A stretch of DNA of 63,878 bases, filler included, from Sluysia triapertura (GCA_046118255.1; 5 parts of 5 records of this genome joined end to end with filler, not necessarily neighbours in it), one strand, 5' to 3'; positions 11,774 to 25,499 are shown, counted from the first letter of the whole stretch. Notes: generated by a model from the sequence alone, not told the origin. Translations and numbers: made by a program.

Positions 11774-13689
11774 CAAAATATTCAAATATTATTTTATACT
11801 ATTAAAATCCTCACTATATGTTATCAATTCAGATTACTTTATAAAGATTATACTCTTGATATTATCACTTAATATTGAACTTAATTGGAGGCGTGAGTTA
11901 CAATACTCGTCCTAATTGTTTAGGGTAAAAGTGCTTAATAGTTAATGTCTAATAGTTTTATTTCCCTATGTGGTATCACTCTTAAAAAACTTAATCTATT
12001 AAAATTTTCATAAATTGTTTATTTTAAATTTATATAAATGTTTAATTTATGCAACAAAGAAAAACAAAAATAAATCAAAATTTATTTATTAATAATTACT
12101 TAAATGTTAATGTTATTAAAATTTCGTAGTTATAGGTATAAAAATAACAAAATTTACTCACGGATGATTTAATTAGGTTTCAATGTTATAGGATTGTTAC
12201 ACCACTCTTGTTATCTGATTGACGAAAATTACCACAACTTTTATAGTACGATTTGAAAAGAATTTTGTTTGCTTGGTTGCCAATAATAATTTTTGAAATT
12301 AATATTATTCCTTTTTATACGAAATAATTTTATACAGTAAGAAATTTCAAATAATTTTATACAGTAAAAAATTACAATCATTATAATTTAAGAAATATAT
12401 ACAATCATTATAATTAAAGAACATATAATTTTAAATTTATATGTAATAAATAATTTTATACAAATACATACAAGTTCTGTAAATTGAACAAATAATTTTA
12501 AATTTATATGTAAAATACATACAAGTTCTGTACTAATAAAAGTACATAATAATAAATTTCTGTAAAAATTGTTTTTAGGTAATACATAATAATAAATTTT
12601 ATCATTATCTACGAAATTAAAATTTATGAATAAATTAAAGATTATGAAAAATTTATAAATATTATTATGAATATATTACTTATTATTAAATGAATATTAC
12701 ATTATAACATTATTAAATATATTATTATTATTAAATGAATATTATTATTATTAAATGAATATTATTATGACAGATTGTATTTGAATTGCGCCGTTTTATT
12801 TTATCTAATTCTGATTTGTTTTGTTTAGTCTTAATTCGGCAATTTCTAATTTATATTTAAGTATCTTAGTTTCAGTTTTTCACGTTCATACATTCTCTTG
12901 AGTCCGATATTCAAGTAATGGAAATGTTTTCATTTCCAACTGTCGTTCATTAGTTTCATTCACTTCCGATTCATGTCTCCCTCTTATAGAATTTTATTTG
13001 ATATTTTAATTCTTTCTGGTTTTCAGTTAAGTATTTATTCTGCTTCATAAGTTCTTCATTTTCGCGAAGGACAAATATCAACGTCTTCATTGAAAGCATC
13101 TGAGGATAAAGGTTTTTTTATCGCATAATTTGTCTCAGATTCTAATTTTGTTAATTTGTCGAATTTCTTCTGATTTTCATCATACAATGTTTGAAGAACG
13201 CTGTAGTCATTTTGTCCAAGTAGCAGTTGCAATTCTTGTTCTAAATAAACCATTAGGAACTTTATTTCCAACATTAATATATTGATTATTCTTATTCTGA
13301 TTGTCAATCTTTGTATATTTTTATCTCTTCAGTTTTTACTTATTATATTCGTTCGAATGCAATTTTTTCAGTTTTCTTAAACATGTCTTGTCCATGTTAC
13401 ATTTTCAATAAAAATTTAATTATCAAAAAATAATTAGTTTCGATAATTTTTAAGTTTATTATCGGAGTAATAGTGTAATTGAAGATAGCAACAGTAATGA
13501 CGTGCGTTAATTTAATATTTTAAGGAAATTAAAAATTAAAAGAAATAATGGAAATAATAGTTCACAATTATTTGAATTACTGATGAATTTAATATTTTAC
13601 AAGTTCAAGTTTGGTAATGAAGATATGGAAATTGATTTGATATTATTATTATGTCGAATACGTTTTAATGTGTTTGAGATGAAATTTGC

Positions 13690-14610
13690 ATATGTATGTA
13701 ACATTGATGATGTCAATAAACATGGGTGAATGATTGAGTCAACAAACATGCTGAATACTAGTTTGTTGTCACAGAGATTAATAATATATTTGGTTTGGCA
13801 CAATAGATTTATGATGAGAACAAATTAAGTAAATTAAACGTAAATACTGATACTGTGAATATTAGAAATTGACTCATTCTATCTCATATGCACGATATGT
13901 TAGGTGACTTAGATTTAACATCTGAATCAAAAATATGCACTAAAATCGAAAGGTAAAATATTATTAACTCACGAAATGAAATTAGATTATGTAGTTAGTC
14001 ACTTTATGGTAAAAGAGTAAAAATTTAAAACTATGAACAATTAAAGCAGCAGATTATTTGGTAGCATCTTAGTTCGTTGAATTGACCAAGTTATATCAGA
14101 CAAACTTTTTTGAATCTTTTAAACTTCATATCTATCAAATGTAAGATTGTAAGATTATGGCTGGTGACACTGATAGTTTATTTCTAAAATGTACTGTTAA
14201 TTTAAATATATTATTAAATGCAATGATTAAAGATAAACTGTTGGATATGTCAACATATAATAATCTAATATTTAGCACAAAATTTCAAGAAAGATTAGTT
14301 AATTTTAAATATTAAAGTGAAGGTAAAATAAAATGCTCAAAATGGGTATTCTTGAGACTAAAGTGTTATTTCTTACTTCAGCATTAGTGAATATAATAAA
14401 GCAAAATGTATTAATCCAAGAGGCACAGATGTAACATTTCAACAATACAGAGTGTTGAAAAAAAATGGTACAATTAATTAAAATTGAGTCTGATCAAAAA
14501 ACCATCAGTTTTTTACAATCAAATTAATAAAAATAGTACTGTCAAATACGGAAGACAAAAGACACTGACTTAAAAACGAAAGTGTCGAATATGAACATTA
14601 TTCTATTGAA
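13690..14610 (+). pseudogene. Polinton/Maverick (adintovirus-like) protein-primed DNA polymerase B remnant
   Basis: Plus translation across stops and frameshifts: GKILLTHEMKLDYVV, LYGK, MAGDTDSLFL (DTDS catalytic motif, ~14158), LLDMSTY, NFKY*SEGKI..KWVFLRLKCY, and terminal EDKR...YEHY. The motif order matches pPolB C-terminal halves. Confidence 0.75.
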
Positions 14611-14754
14611 GATAGTGATGATAATAATGATGATGATGATATTATTATTTAACTTTTTAGGATTTTCCCTATTAATAATTATATTGCAGTGTTTCATTAT
14701 ATTTCTAAAAGGCTTTAATAATTAATAATTTAAAATTATTACTGTCCATTGAAG

Positions 14755-14840
14755 TTAGAATCTCGAATCAATGCATAAACCCAAAACATTTACAATTTAC
14801 GAACATCAAATCAAAAATTATTAATCGCGCTGAAGAAAAC
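14755..14840 (+). CDS. Probable penultimate exon of the DNMBP-like gene
   Basis: Open frame RISNQCINPKHLQFTNIKSKIINRAEEN ends at a phase-0 GTATGT donor compatible with the SH3 exon. The acceptor position is uncertain. Confidence 0.4.
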
Positions 14841-15323
14841 GTATGTCCGTTTTTTTGATTTTTGGGAAATAAATCCTCTGGTACATGTTAAATTTTCTTC
14901 TATATTATTTCCATGGTCTCTAAAGATGTAGGTCGGTTGTAGCATTTGTGTTATTAAAACTAAATTCCACTAATTACTTAAAATAGATATTTAAAAATAG
15001 AAATTACATCCAGTTCAGGTTTTGTAAATCCTAGATACATATCAGCACAGTAATTGAGCAAAAGCAAATTGATAAAAATTCAAAATATTTAGGCTTGTTG
15101 AATAATTAGTAATTACAAAAAATAAAACTTGCTACAAATATTTTATATTTAATTGTTTTCAATAACCTTCTGTGTTTTATTAGTGGAACGTTTTTATAAA
15201 GTAAATAAGTTTTAGAAATAAAATTAATTTTTAATAAACTTAAGTAAACCGCAAGACCGCATTCCTCATAAGGAATATCATTTAATTATTACTTGTTCAT
15301 ATTTTTTCAATTTACAATTTCAG

Positions 15324-15512
15324 TTACGAACTGCACTTTACAAGTATGAATCACGAAATTTCATCGAAGTTTCAATGAATCCAAATGATCGATTAGAATT
15401 ATTGTGTAGTCATGACAACGTTGGTAATAGTGAATGGAGTCTCGTTAAAAATTTAAATACAAATCAGATTGGTTACGTTCCTTCTAACTATTTATCGGAC
15501 TCAATTACTTAA
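15324..15512 (+). CDS. Terminal exon encoding a C-terminal SH3 domain, DNMBP/Tuba (ARHGEF37/38)-like
   Basis: tttcag acceptor, then LRTALYKYESRNFIEVSMNPNDRLELLCSHDNVGNSEWSLVKNLNTNQIGYVPSNYLSDSIT*. It has the SH3 ALY/GYVPSNY motifs and the D..GN.EW motif typical of the last Tuba SH3. Confidence 0.8.
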   Translation, partial: LRTALYKYESRNFIEVSMNPNDRLELLCSHDNVGNSEWSLVKNLNTNQIGYVPSNYLSDSIT

Positions 15513-16809
15513 TACTCACTAAATGTAATTTCATTGAATTTTCTTACTTAGTAAATGAAAACTTCAAATAAATTATTTTCTATATTTTTACATCAAATTA
15601 CAGTTTTGAACAACTTTAATATTTTACTAATAAAAATGAATTTCTAAATTTACCTTCAAAAATAAAGCTAACTATAAACTGAATGATTTGAAATTATTTT
15701 GATTCTTGTTCTTTTTCCAAGAACAATAATTTCAACTAAAAATATAATTTTTTGTCTAAATATATCTTTCCCAATTTGATTCATTTATAATCATATATTT
15801 CGCTTAAATTTTAGAGTGATAATCACAAATCATATATTAAAGCCATATCTTAATTATTTCACAATTACTGATATACTTCATTTAGTTTGATTCAGTATTT
15901 TCTCTTGTTTTCAAAATTTTCTTCACCTATTTTCAATTTCATTTAACACGATTTCTTTCCTGTTTTAGGTTTTAGTTATTTGGTAATTTTTACAAGTAAT
16001 TCTAATTTTCATGTTATTATCTTAGTACCAAATTTATTTTGTTTAATTATCGATTACGTTTTTGCACTTTTTGGTTATATAATCTATGAGATAACTAAAT
16101 ATCATGATTATTTTTATTGATCCTGATAAAATGCATCATGTGGAAACGAAGCCACATTAGATAGGTTCACTCTTAAAGTTTTATTAATTTTTTGTAATTA
16201 AATATCTAATATTCAAAATAATAGAATTTAAAATTGAAAATTAAATTATATGTAATTAAATAAAATAATTATTTTATTATTTGTATTAATTATTTAATGA
16301 TTTTTGGTTGCAATATTCTGATTTTATGTAATTGCCAATAAAGCATGTAATGTAATTTTATATAAATTAACTTCAATTAAATTATACATACTTTTAAATT
16401 TTATACTTGATTAACTTTATTTTTTATTATTTTGTAGAAATATTTTTATAATTTTATTATGTATTACTAAAAAAATTAAATGAAACCTATTTTGATTAAA
16501 ATATCTTAATAAATACATGTTTTAATTTGTTATTTGAAATGATTTATAGCAAACTACATGTTAATGTATGTTTTTTTATTTAGCTGATAACTTCACATTC
16601 AAATTATAAAAAGTTAAATGAAATAATTATGGTTTAAATTTTAATTAGTTTGAGATATAAATGAATTTTCTGTCATGATTACAATAATATTGTGGTGATT
16701 CAAAACTACATTCATCTTTATAACCCTACAAAACCATAAACTTTTTAAACAATAAGCAACAAAACTTACATAAAACTATCTGTCTTCTAAACCAGGCATG
16801 CGCAAACTT

Positions 16810-17450
16810 TTTAAGTTGCGTCCCCATTTCTTTTACTTTACCTTCCCATTTATCAATTATTTCAATTCTTTTTCCTTTATCCTCGTTGGTAATTACTTCC
16901 TTTATTTTATCGATTCTTTTTTCCATTGACTGATCTAGTATTTCTCGAATTCTAACTTGAATTGGTATAATTGTTAGCCTGTTTTCTTTTTCCCGTTGTT
17001 TTCTTCGTTTATCCTTTTGGAATTCTAAATATCTATCATGCATAAAAACTTCCTCTCGTTTATTCTTAAATCTATTTTTATCAATCCAGTATATAATTCT
17101 CGTAACACTGCGTTCTTTTTTTCATCAGATATTAATTTTAAATATTTCTCATCCTCTTCATCACTACTAATTTCTCGTCTTCTTAGTTCCTTGTTCTTGG
17201 TGTTTTTATTTCTTCTGCGTCTTTCTTCATATTGATATTCTTCATATTCATTCATTCCATCTCTAAAATTGTAATTTGTCTGATTTTTATAATTACAATT
17301 GATTTGTCCCTTATCATTTTTATTATCGTTAAATCTTACTCTCCTATTTTAAGTGAACACATTTTATTTTAATTTTCTACAGTCTCTTGTCCATACCACA
17401 ATTATCACTATTTATTTTTGCCCATCTATGTTAGTTTGTGTCTTGTGTGA
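16810..17450 (-). mobile_element. Gypsy-type LTR retrotransposon gag C-terminal remnant
   Basis: Degraded zinc knuckle (DNCG..RDCRKL), NRRVRFNDNKNDKGQINC and RLTIIPIQVRI are homologous to 42950-43440. Confidence 0.7.
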
Positions 17451-17678
17451 TGGCCGAGAAGTTAGATGGTTATGAAAGATTTTAAAATTAAAATTTATAG
17501 GTTTAAAATTAGCAATTATTAATTTTGAATTAATGAAAACTGATGCAAACAAATAATTAACAAAGTTGTTGTATTTAAACTTGAAAACAAAATTAATTAA
17601 CAAAAGACTAAAAGGTTTATCAAAATACTGTAATTTAGACTTTAAAGCATCCCACATTCCCCACAATTTAACAGAAAA

Positions 17679-18210
17679 ACCAATATGAAGTAAATAATTA
17701 ACGATACGTACATAACGACGATCGCAGACCCAAAGCAATTCATTCTCCTGGATCGTTAAAACTTCATTGCAGGATCTTGTATACACATTTTTTAATTCAA
17801 AAACATTGTTATGATGCACGAAAACGAAAGCACTTTCTGACTCTTTGTCTACATCAGTTGTCTTCCCTGCATCACGAACATAAAACTTAGCCCGACTTAC
17901 AAACACCATACCTTTAACATTTCCGTTTCGCCGAGTTGGATTTAATTCATTTAAATTTTCGATATTTCTTATTTGCTTCTGCCGTGCTAAAAGTCTTCAG
18001 AAAATTCCAAGCTTCGCACTTGGATTTTGGTTCAGGATTAACTAAACTGAATTTTGAAATATTACAGTAGTCACTAGTTGCTTGTTTATAGTATCCATAA
18101 AGAATCAGTCCCTGTTCCGCATTCAAAGAACCAACGATTGTAGGCAAAACCTGAACAGCTTCATCGCCTAGCTCATTGATACAATCGTCATCCTTCTCAA
18201 AATCTTCCAT
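17679..18210 (-). pseudogene. ACBD6: Intronless ACBD6-like fragment (acyl-CoA-binding domain plus first ankyrin repeat), frameshifted near 17955
   Basis: MEDFEKDDD...LILYGYYKQAT..CN..K....KSKCEAW..L....EA..KY is an ACBP domain. It continues in the next frame as LNELNP...GMVFVS...AFVFVHHNN...LLWVCDRRYVRIVNYLL, matching ACBD6 LHWACDRGH. Confidence 0.8.
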
Positions 18211-18228
18211 ATATCTTTTAAAATTCAA

Positions 18229-18687
18229 CTGTATTCGTACTAATTTTCTAATAACAACTACAGCTTCAGCAACAATGTTTTCATCTTTTCGAGATATTAA
18301 TTGAATTAAGCCAGAAAGGCAAGTATCAGATACTTTAGAAATATTACTAGCACAACGGCTAATTGACTGAATAGTAGCTTTAACAAATTCTTGATCTGTA
18401 CTACCTACATAAGTCTGTAATTCTCTCAGTATAACAGAAATATTTGATTCATTGGCTAAATTAGTCAATATTTCTAATTTGAGCAATTTCACTTGAGTTG
18501 AATCTTTACTATACACATAAAATGATTTTAGATGACTTAATAATAATTCTGGATGTAATGTTGACATAGCAGCTTTGTTGTTAAGTGCAACGTACTGAAC
18601 TTCTTTGTTCGTTTTAAGTAATCGAATCATTGAACACATCACTACATTCATTTCTGCAAATGGTGCACTATGATAAAACAATTGAAA
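18229..18687 (-). pseudogene. AP3B: AP-3 complex beta subunit fragment (adaptin N region), fused in frame to ACBD6
   Basis: IRLLKTNKEVQYVAL...LKSFYV...KLLKLEILTNLANESNISVILRELQTYV...ATIQSISRCASNI..VSDTCLSGL...IVAEAVVVIRKL matches AP3B1/2. It is preceded by a tttcag acceptor. No other AP3B exons were seen on the scaffold. Confidence 0.85.
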
Positions 18688-19899
18688 CTGAAACATTAAA
18701 AAAAATTTTTAAAATAAAAATTTGAAAATACTCTTGGTTCTTTGTTTCTCATATAATTCATTTTATTAAAACAAAAAAATCATATGCATAGCAAAATTTA
18801 ATGTTAAATAAAGCTCTTTTTTAGTAAATTTTGCTATAAACGGATTCGACTTTTTTTTGAAAAATTTCAAGTATTTACTTTAGTACTACTGCAGTTTTTA
18901 ACCACTCGGTTATCTATCAGAGATATCTTGTATATAAACTTTTGTATTTTCTAAAAAATATTATTTTATTCTTTATTTAAAAATTGCATATGTTACAATT
19001 AATGTTTTTTACAAGATATATGAGAAACTCTGAAATAGATAAAACAGAAAGAACCAGAAATTTCAGTAGTATAAATACAAAGTAATTTTAAATTAAGAAA
19101 GTTCTGCTTGATAAAGAACACTCACGCATAAACAACTACTAGAAATTAAAAATTACTCACATTTTACAACAAATTCAAAAGTTACTTGAGAACATAATAA
19201 GATAAAGGATTATGGTAAAAGAAAATTATATGAAAAATGGATTTCCATTTCGTAAGATGATCTGATCTTACAAAGCATAAAAAAGGATACAAGTATTTTT
19301 CCATCAAAGCAAAATGGAAATAATACTGATACAGATAAATAATTATAAATTACAAAAATATTAGCTATACTAAATACCAAATTTTAACACTATTACATTC
19401 TACAATAACGTCAATTTCACAAAACATCAAATAAATTTGAGTTTTAGTATTGTTTTTAACACTTTAGTTAATAAAAATACAATTACTCTAATTGCACACA
19501 CACTTCGAAAATCTTAAATTACAATGTTAGCATGGTATATTCAAATTAGTTTCTGAGGTGTTTGAAAAATAAAATTAGTTTTCCTCATTCGTACATACAA
19601 GTTAGGAAATATAGGAAAGACTCTTTTTTATTATTCGAATACTTGACTCTGAAAAGCGCTATATAGCAGATTTCTATTAAGACGAATGAATTTGTTGCAC
19701 ATTTTTAACTGCCATAATTTTACGAGCTATATGAATTACGTTTTTGAATATATTCGGACCACACAATCAAGATGACAAAAGGTTTAAACGGATGATCACC
19801 AGAAATGTTAAAAATACACTTACATAATTTGATTAACTTCAAATATTGTAGAGCTTAGTTTTCAAATCAAATTACAATGTGTATATAAATATTTACAAC

Positions 19900-19900
<1 letters not shown>

Positions 19901-19977
<77 letters not shown>
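19901..19977. repeat. (AAT)n microsatellite
   Basis: Perfect TAA repeats. Confidence 0.95.
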
Positions 19978-19980
<3 letters not shown>

Positions 19981-20081
19981 TGAAAAATGGAGTAATATCC
20001 ATTTTAATTTGTAAAATCTGATAAATTTAATTATTCTAACAAGACATAAATTAGTTTAATTAGGTAACAATAAACTATTCT

Positions 20082-20724
20082 TTATAATTCTGATTCAGCA
20101 ATATCCAATGATATTTCTGACTTGGTATCTAATTCCAAAATATTCGATCGTCTATCATTGTCATAATCCGTTCTCTGGTCGAACATTAGACAAAAAGGAT
20201 AATTTGTATGTTTCAACATGATTTGCTGATATGATGAAATATCGGACATTATATTAGTACCATAATGTTGTAAATTCATCGAACCACCTTCAATTTGTAC
20301 TAATGAAATCCAACGCATGAACATTTTTGACCAAAATGCATTCAGTAACTGCCACGGCTGAATAATCGGTGATTTGAGAAGTTTTTTACCTGAAAGTGGA
20401 ATTTTTTCTAGATTTTTCCACCAAAGTTTGTTTGAAAAAATATTAGTAACTTCTTCTACAAAGAAAGGACTCCAGGATTCAACTATATTCCACATATCTG
20501 TTGAACATTGAGGAAATAAACTGGTATAGTTATTTTGACTTATACAATATAACAGATCATGAAAACAGATAAGAAATTCTTCTGTGAATTCAAATTGAAA
20601 AGAATCATTACGAATTAGTTGATAAACACAATCCAAAAACAATAAAAACATGATTGGTTCCCGGTGATATATATTTGTTTCAATCCAATTTTCATTAACC
20701 ATCGACAGAAAACCGTTAATTGTT
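20082..20724 (-). CDS. Terminal exon of a myotubularin-related protein, MTMR10/11/12-like
   Basis: tttag acceptor, then (R)TINGFLSMVNENW...PIMFLLFLDCVYQLIRNDSFQFEFTEEFL, the myotubularin SID region. FLLFLDCV is typical of MTMR9-12. Open to the stop at 20082. Confidence 0.8.
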
Positions 20725-21130
20725 CTAAATCACAATAGCATTATTTAGCATAAATGTTTTTTAATAATGCTATAAAATTTATCGTCACTTTAACCCCTTA
20801 ACGTGCACGCTTGAGTTAATTCGACGCACTAAACAGGCCAAACTGCGCATACTCGAATTAATTCCGGCTGGGTCGTTTTGTTGATATTTAGCCAACACTT
20901 TGATTTGTAAATATTTTCATATGAATTTTATAATATTTTCGTATAATTTTCAAAAAAATATAAATATAAAAATAAATAATATTAAATGTTAATAAAATTG
21001 TATTTGTAAATATTTTCAAATTTGTAAAAATAATTAAATATGTAAATAATTTAAAACAAAATTTTAAAATTAAAAAATTTATTTGAAAATTATTGCGTCA
21101 TTAAAAATTTTATATCGTACTTTATTTGAA

Positions 21131-21183
<53 letters not shown>

Positions 21184-22121
21184 GGCTCTTTTATGACTTC
21201 GTTGAATATAAAAACATTGAAGTGACACTTTAAAAAACACAAAAAAGTGCATCCGTGTTGTTAATTATTAGGATCGACAATTCATGAATAGGCTCTAAGC
21301 GATATCTCTTCTTCAATTCATTGGACAATACTTAGCGAATATTATTCAATTCCATGAAGTCCTAAGATTATTTATTTTTAGTTTTATCCTACAATTTTTG
21401 CAGGATTAAATTCATAGGTAAAATCCATTAATTGTTAAAAAACCAACAATTAAATTTTTAAAATTATTGATTAAATTAATTGAAATCTTAATTTTTAATT
21501 TATCATCATCATCATCATTATCATTATTATTATTATTTTAAAATCGTATTTTACTCATTTCAATAATAAACTTTAGATAGTGTTTTTGTCAATTATCTTA
21601 AATTAAAGTATCAGTAAATTCACTTAGAGATAATGAAACATAAATCCCCTCACAGCAAGAATAAAAGTTAGTGATCAAAGGGTATTAACATTTTCCCTTA
21701 ACTAGATAAATCCTTTAGATACATCACTTAAGAAAGGTGTAAATCGTAGACCATAGTCGTACCGATAAATTTTGCATTCATTTTTGCAAGCAGTTTCTTT
21801 AACATAAAACTTCACAATTATTTAAATTCTGCTTGAAATTTACATTAAGTTAGAATAAATCCTATAAGTAAGAGGAAAAGCAGAAGGAAAACATGCAAAA
21901 AATACTTGTAAACTACCAATTCATGAATTAATAATTTTTACAACCCTATTTTGCGAATTATATTACATAGTTTTTTATTATACACTGAATGTGTTAGATA
22001 TATCTACTGTTTATTAATAGATTAAATCATTGTAATCTTCAAGGAATCCACTTCTCATTTAATCAAATTAAAGAGAAAAATAGAATTCTTCAAAGATAAT
22101 AGAGCATATACCATATATATA

Positions 22122-22670
22122 GAGTGGTGGCCAAATTATTAGACTAAAACAGGAAAAATATGTTTTTCTTTGGTTTTCTAAATATTTGCTAACCTGGCCT
22201 GGAAACTCTCCAGACATGAATTCCATGGAAAATCTGTGTAAGATTGTCAAAAAGAGAGTTTCTACCCATAAACCAACTACCAGGACAGAACTTATTAAAA
22301 CCCTGATAAAAGTATGGCATCACGATGACAAAATCAAAGACTTTTGCCCCGTGGCATGCCTTTAAGGATCAGGCAATTATTGGATAAGGAGGGCAAATAA
22401 AGCATTGATACAACAGTTTGTACATATTTCATTTGTAATAAATTGTGTAATCATTCTACATGTTTTGGAACTCAGTATTTTTATTTGTTATTTTACTTTC
22501 ACCAGAATTTTTTTGGAGAAAGCAGTTATATTCGAACATTTTATATTTTCCGCGACAACTGTAGGTAATAGTTGTCGGTAAAACTTTTGATTAATAGTTT
22601 CATAGTATCCTTGAAAATGTTGAATTTTATTACAAAAAAGGTCTTTAGTCTAATAATTTAGCTACCATTG
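22122..22670 (+). mobile_element. Internally deleted Tc1/mariner element
   Basis: TA-flanked TIRs gagtggtggccaaattattagacta / tagtctaataatttagctaccattg; internal WPGNSPDMNSMENL.KIVKKRV...LIKVWH. Confidence 0.85.
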
Positions 22671-23138
22671 TATATATGAGGTTCAAAATATACTTAATTT
22701 GAAATAACTAATACTAGTGAAGAAATATAAGATAAGATAATTTGAAAATCAATATTTTAAAATAAAGTTAATTTGAAGTTCCAAGGTAAATGGTGCGAAA
22801 CTGAAAGAACGAATATGGCATTCTATATGGATACAAAAATGAACGATGAAGAAAATTTTAAGTGTAAATACCAATTAACCCTTGAATTGCAAATACAGTG
22901 AACGCTCTATATAAGCAACTCCTGTGAACCAATTTTTTAAAAAAAGTTTCTTATATAGACAAGTTGCTTATAGGGAAAAAAGTAGTATAAAAATATATAA
23001 CCCCGAGAAAATATTTTTAGCTATTCATTGGTATACTTCATCTAATTAGAATAATATTTTTAGTTTTTTTACAAATGAAACAATTTTTTATTTTATAAAA
23101 CTAGATATTAGTTCAGATTTTACAAAATTAAGAATCAA

Positions 23139-23238
23139 NNNNNNNNNNNNNNNNNNNNNNNNNNNNNNNNNNNNNNNNNNNNTTAATTAATTAANNNNNN
23201 NNNNNNNNNNNNNNNNNNNNNNNNNNNNNNNNNNNNNN
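23139..23238. other. Artificial scaffold linker
   Basis: N44-TTAATTAATTAA-N44. Confidence 0.95.
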
Positions 23239-23379
23239 GAATATGTTGAGTAAGATTGACATTAAAATTGTGAGATTTTTAGGAAATTAAGAATTGTGGG
23301 TGTTGGCCACTACAATCAAATAATGCGAACTACCATTAGGTATTTCTAATTATATTGATTCTGGCAGCAATTCGATCCC

Positions 23380-23988
23380 GGAATAGCTGCGACATTGCTA
23401 CTAGGTGGGATAACTGTTCATTCCGCTTTGAAATTGCCACTGCAAAATGATCAATCAGCTGAGATATTCTCACATAAATTGTTGGAAATTGGGATGGATA
23501 TGAGCCGGTTGATCTGATTTCAGGATGAATTTCATTACCTCATAACTTTTGCAATTTAGTGACGTCGAAAGAAGAATTGGTTGAAAATGTATATTCCAAT
23601 ATTCAAACCAATAAGAGTCACGATTAGATGAATGAACGAACTATTCTTGCGGCTAAGAACAAAGACGTCTACGAACTAAACAAAATTATTCAGTTTAACA
23701 TTCAGTTACATAAATCCGTCGACACTGTTGCAGATGATACAGTTAATTATCTCTATCACAATTGAAAATCGGCGTGTCAATTATCGTTTTGCGAAATATC
23801 AACCAGCCAAAATTTTGCAGTAAAAAATTAATGATCAACGTCGTAGAAGTAATATTGACAGCACCTTTCAAAGATGTCCTCATTCCTTGCATTCCAATGA
23901 TTCCAATGGATATGCCATTCATTTTAAGAGATTGCAATTTCCAATTCCATTTGCTTTTGCGATCACCATCAACAAAGCTCAGGGTCAA
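23380..23988 (+). mobile_element. Helitron Pif1-like helicase remnant
   Basis: GIAATLLLGGITVHSALKLPL, ERTILAAKNKDV.ELN, LKIGVSIIVLRNINQPK and FKRLQFPIPFAFAITINKAQGQ, with internal deletions and stops. Confidence 0.85.
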
Positions 23989-24949
23989 TTTTTAGAATTG
24001 TTTCACAGCTTCTTATTGTGTATTTTACAAGTTTTATTAATAAGACGGCATTTCGAATTATTTAGAAGGATATATTGTGTTGCGATAGTGATAAATTATA
24101 ATTTTAGACTGCATTGGTGTGTATTAAGATTGTAGAAGAAGTATCATAGTATAGAATTTTGTAAGAGTATAATTTTGTATGAATTCTACAAAGATTGCTA
24201 TTGTGATTTGATTGTGTGAGGATGTGGAAATATGGAGAGTAATTGCATGTTATTGGTGTATTGTGGATGTTTAAAAATGTTATTTTGGAAATGCGTTATT
24301 TAGAGTTTTTACTCTACGATTCATTTTACGTGTGACTCCTGTTCTCTTATTTATCTGATCTGCTTGATGTACATAAAACTATACGTAGCATTTGATAAAA
24401 ATAAGCATTCGTCATTTAAATCCGTGATAGAGAAATAGGGAACTATATAATCAAGTTTCTTATTATTTTTATAACTATCATGGATTAGACCAATCATTAT
24501 TTTTATAACTTGGTTATAATGGCCGTTGGGCGAAGTAGTAGTAAATGTCGAAAAATTTAGACAAATTTAAATTCAAATTACAAAGAAAGTAGGACATAAG
24601 GTCCTATATTAAATCATTAAAGCAAAAATCGATTAAATAATTATCAATCAAGTAAATGTCAAAACATAGATTTGACATTTAAAAATAACGTACTGTACAA
24701 ATTTCGAACCAAATAATTTTGGATAACAAATATCCTAAAATCCCAGGTGAAATTATTTCACCGATTTCGAAATTTTCGTACATAAAAAATTAATATTGTT
24801 ACTACTTTTGAAACATTTGAAAAATATGAACATTTAAACAAAAATAATGAATTTTCAAAAAAATGGAAGTTTAATTTTGGAACAAAACCTAAATTGTATA
24901 AACTTTTCTAATATAAATCTTTTAAAATAAAAGGATACCCATAAAAAAT

Positions 24950-25190
24950 TGAAATCTGATAAGTGCTGCAAGGAGGAAGAAGAAAGCGACATCGGCAAGA
25001 CAAGCTACAATTAATTTATAAATAATAAAACATTTGCATGCTAATGATTTAGTCGTATGAATTTATAAGTTTGGTGAGATATGATGATCATGAATGAGTT
25101 TAGATTGAATTGTATTTGTGCTTATGTTTGTGTTTGTTAATGGATGAATTTAACAACAAAATGATATGTACAGGTGTGACAGTATGTTGG
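24950..25190. repeat. Dispersed repeat, also at 47215-47450
   Basis: tgctgc.aagg.gga.gaag..gcga.atc and cttatgtt...ttaa.aacaaaat.at.tgtacag.t.tgaca shared in the same orientation. Confidence 0.7.
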
Positions 25191-25499
25191 TATGTTCATT
25201 AATTAGTAAGTTTGTTTTTGTATTAAATTTTATTTATGGATAATTTGCAATATAAATATGTATCAGTGATAAAGGTTTTTGACTACGAAGAAAGAACGGA
25301 AAAGAATTAGGCAATGTCTATAATGAACCTAATGAAGTAGGGAATTATTACGAAGAAAAACTACCTAAGCTTATCGACAGATAAATATTGCAGTTAGATC
25401 TGTCGATATGGTTAAGAAAATTGTGTAGTAATAGTATGGAAGTGATTTATTAGTTTCATTAGCTACCAAAGATGAAATGATATTAATCTTATATTTAAC

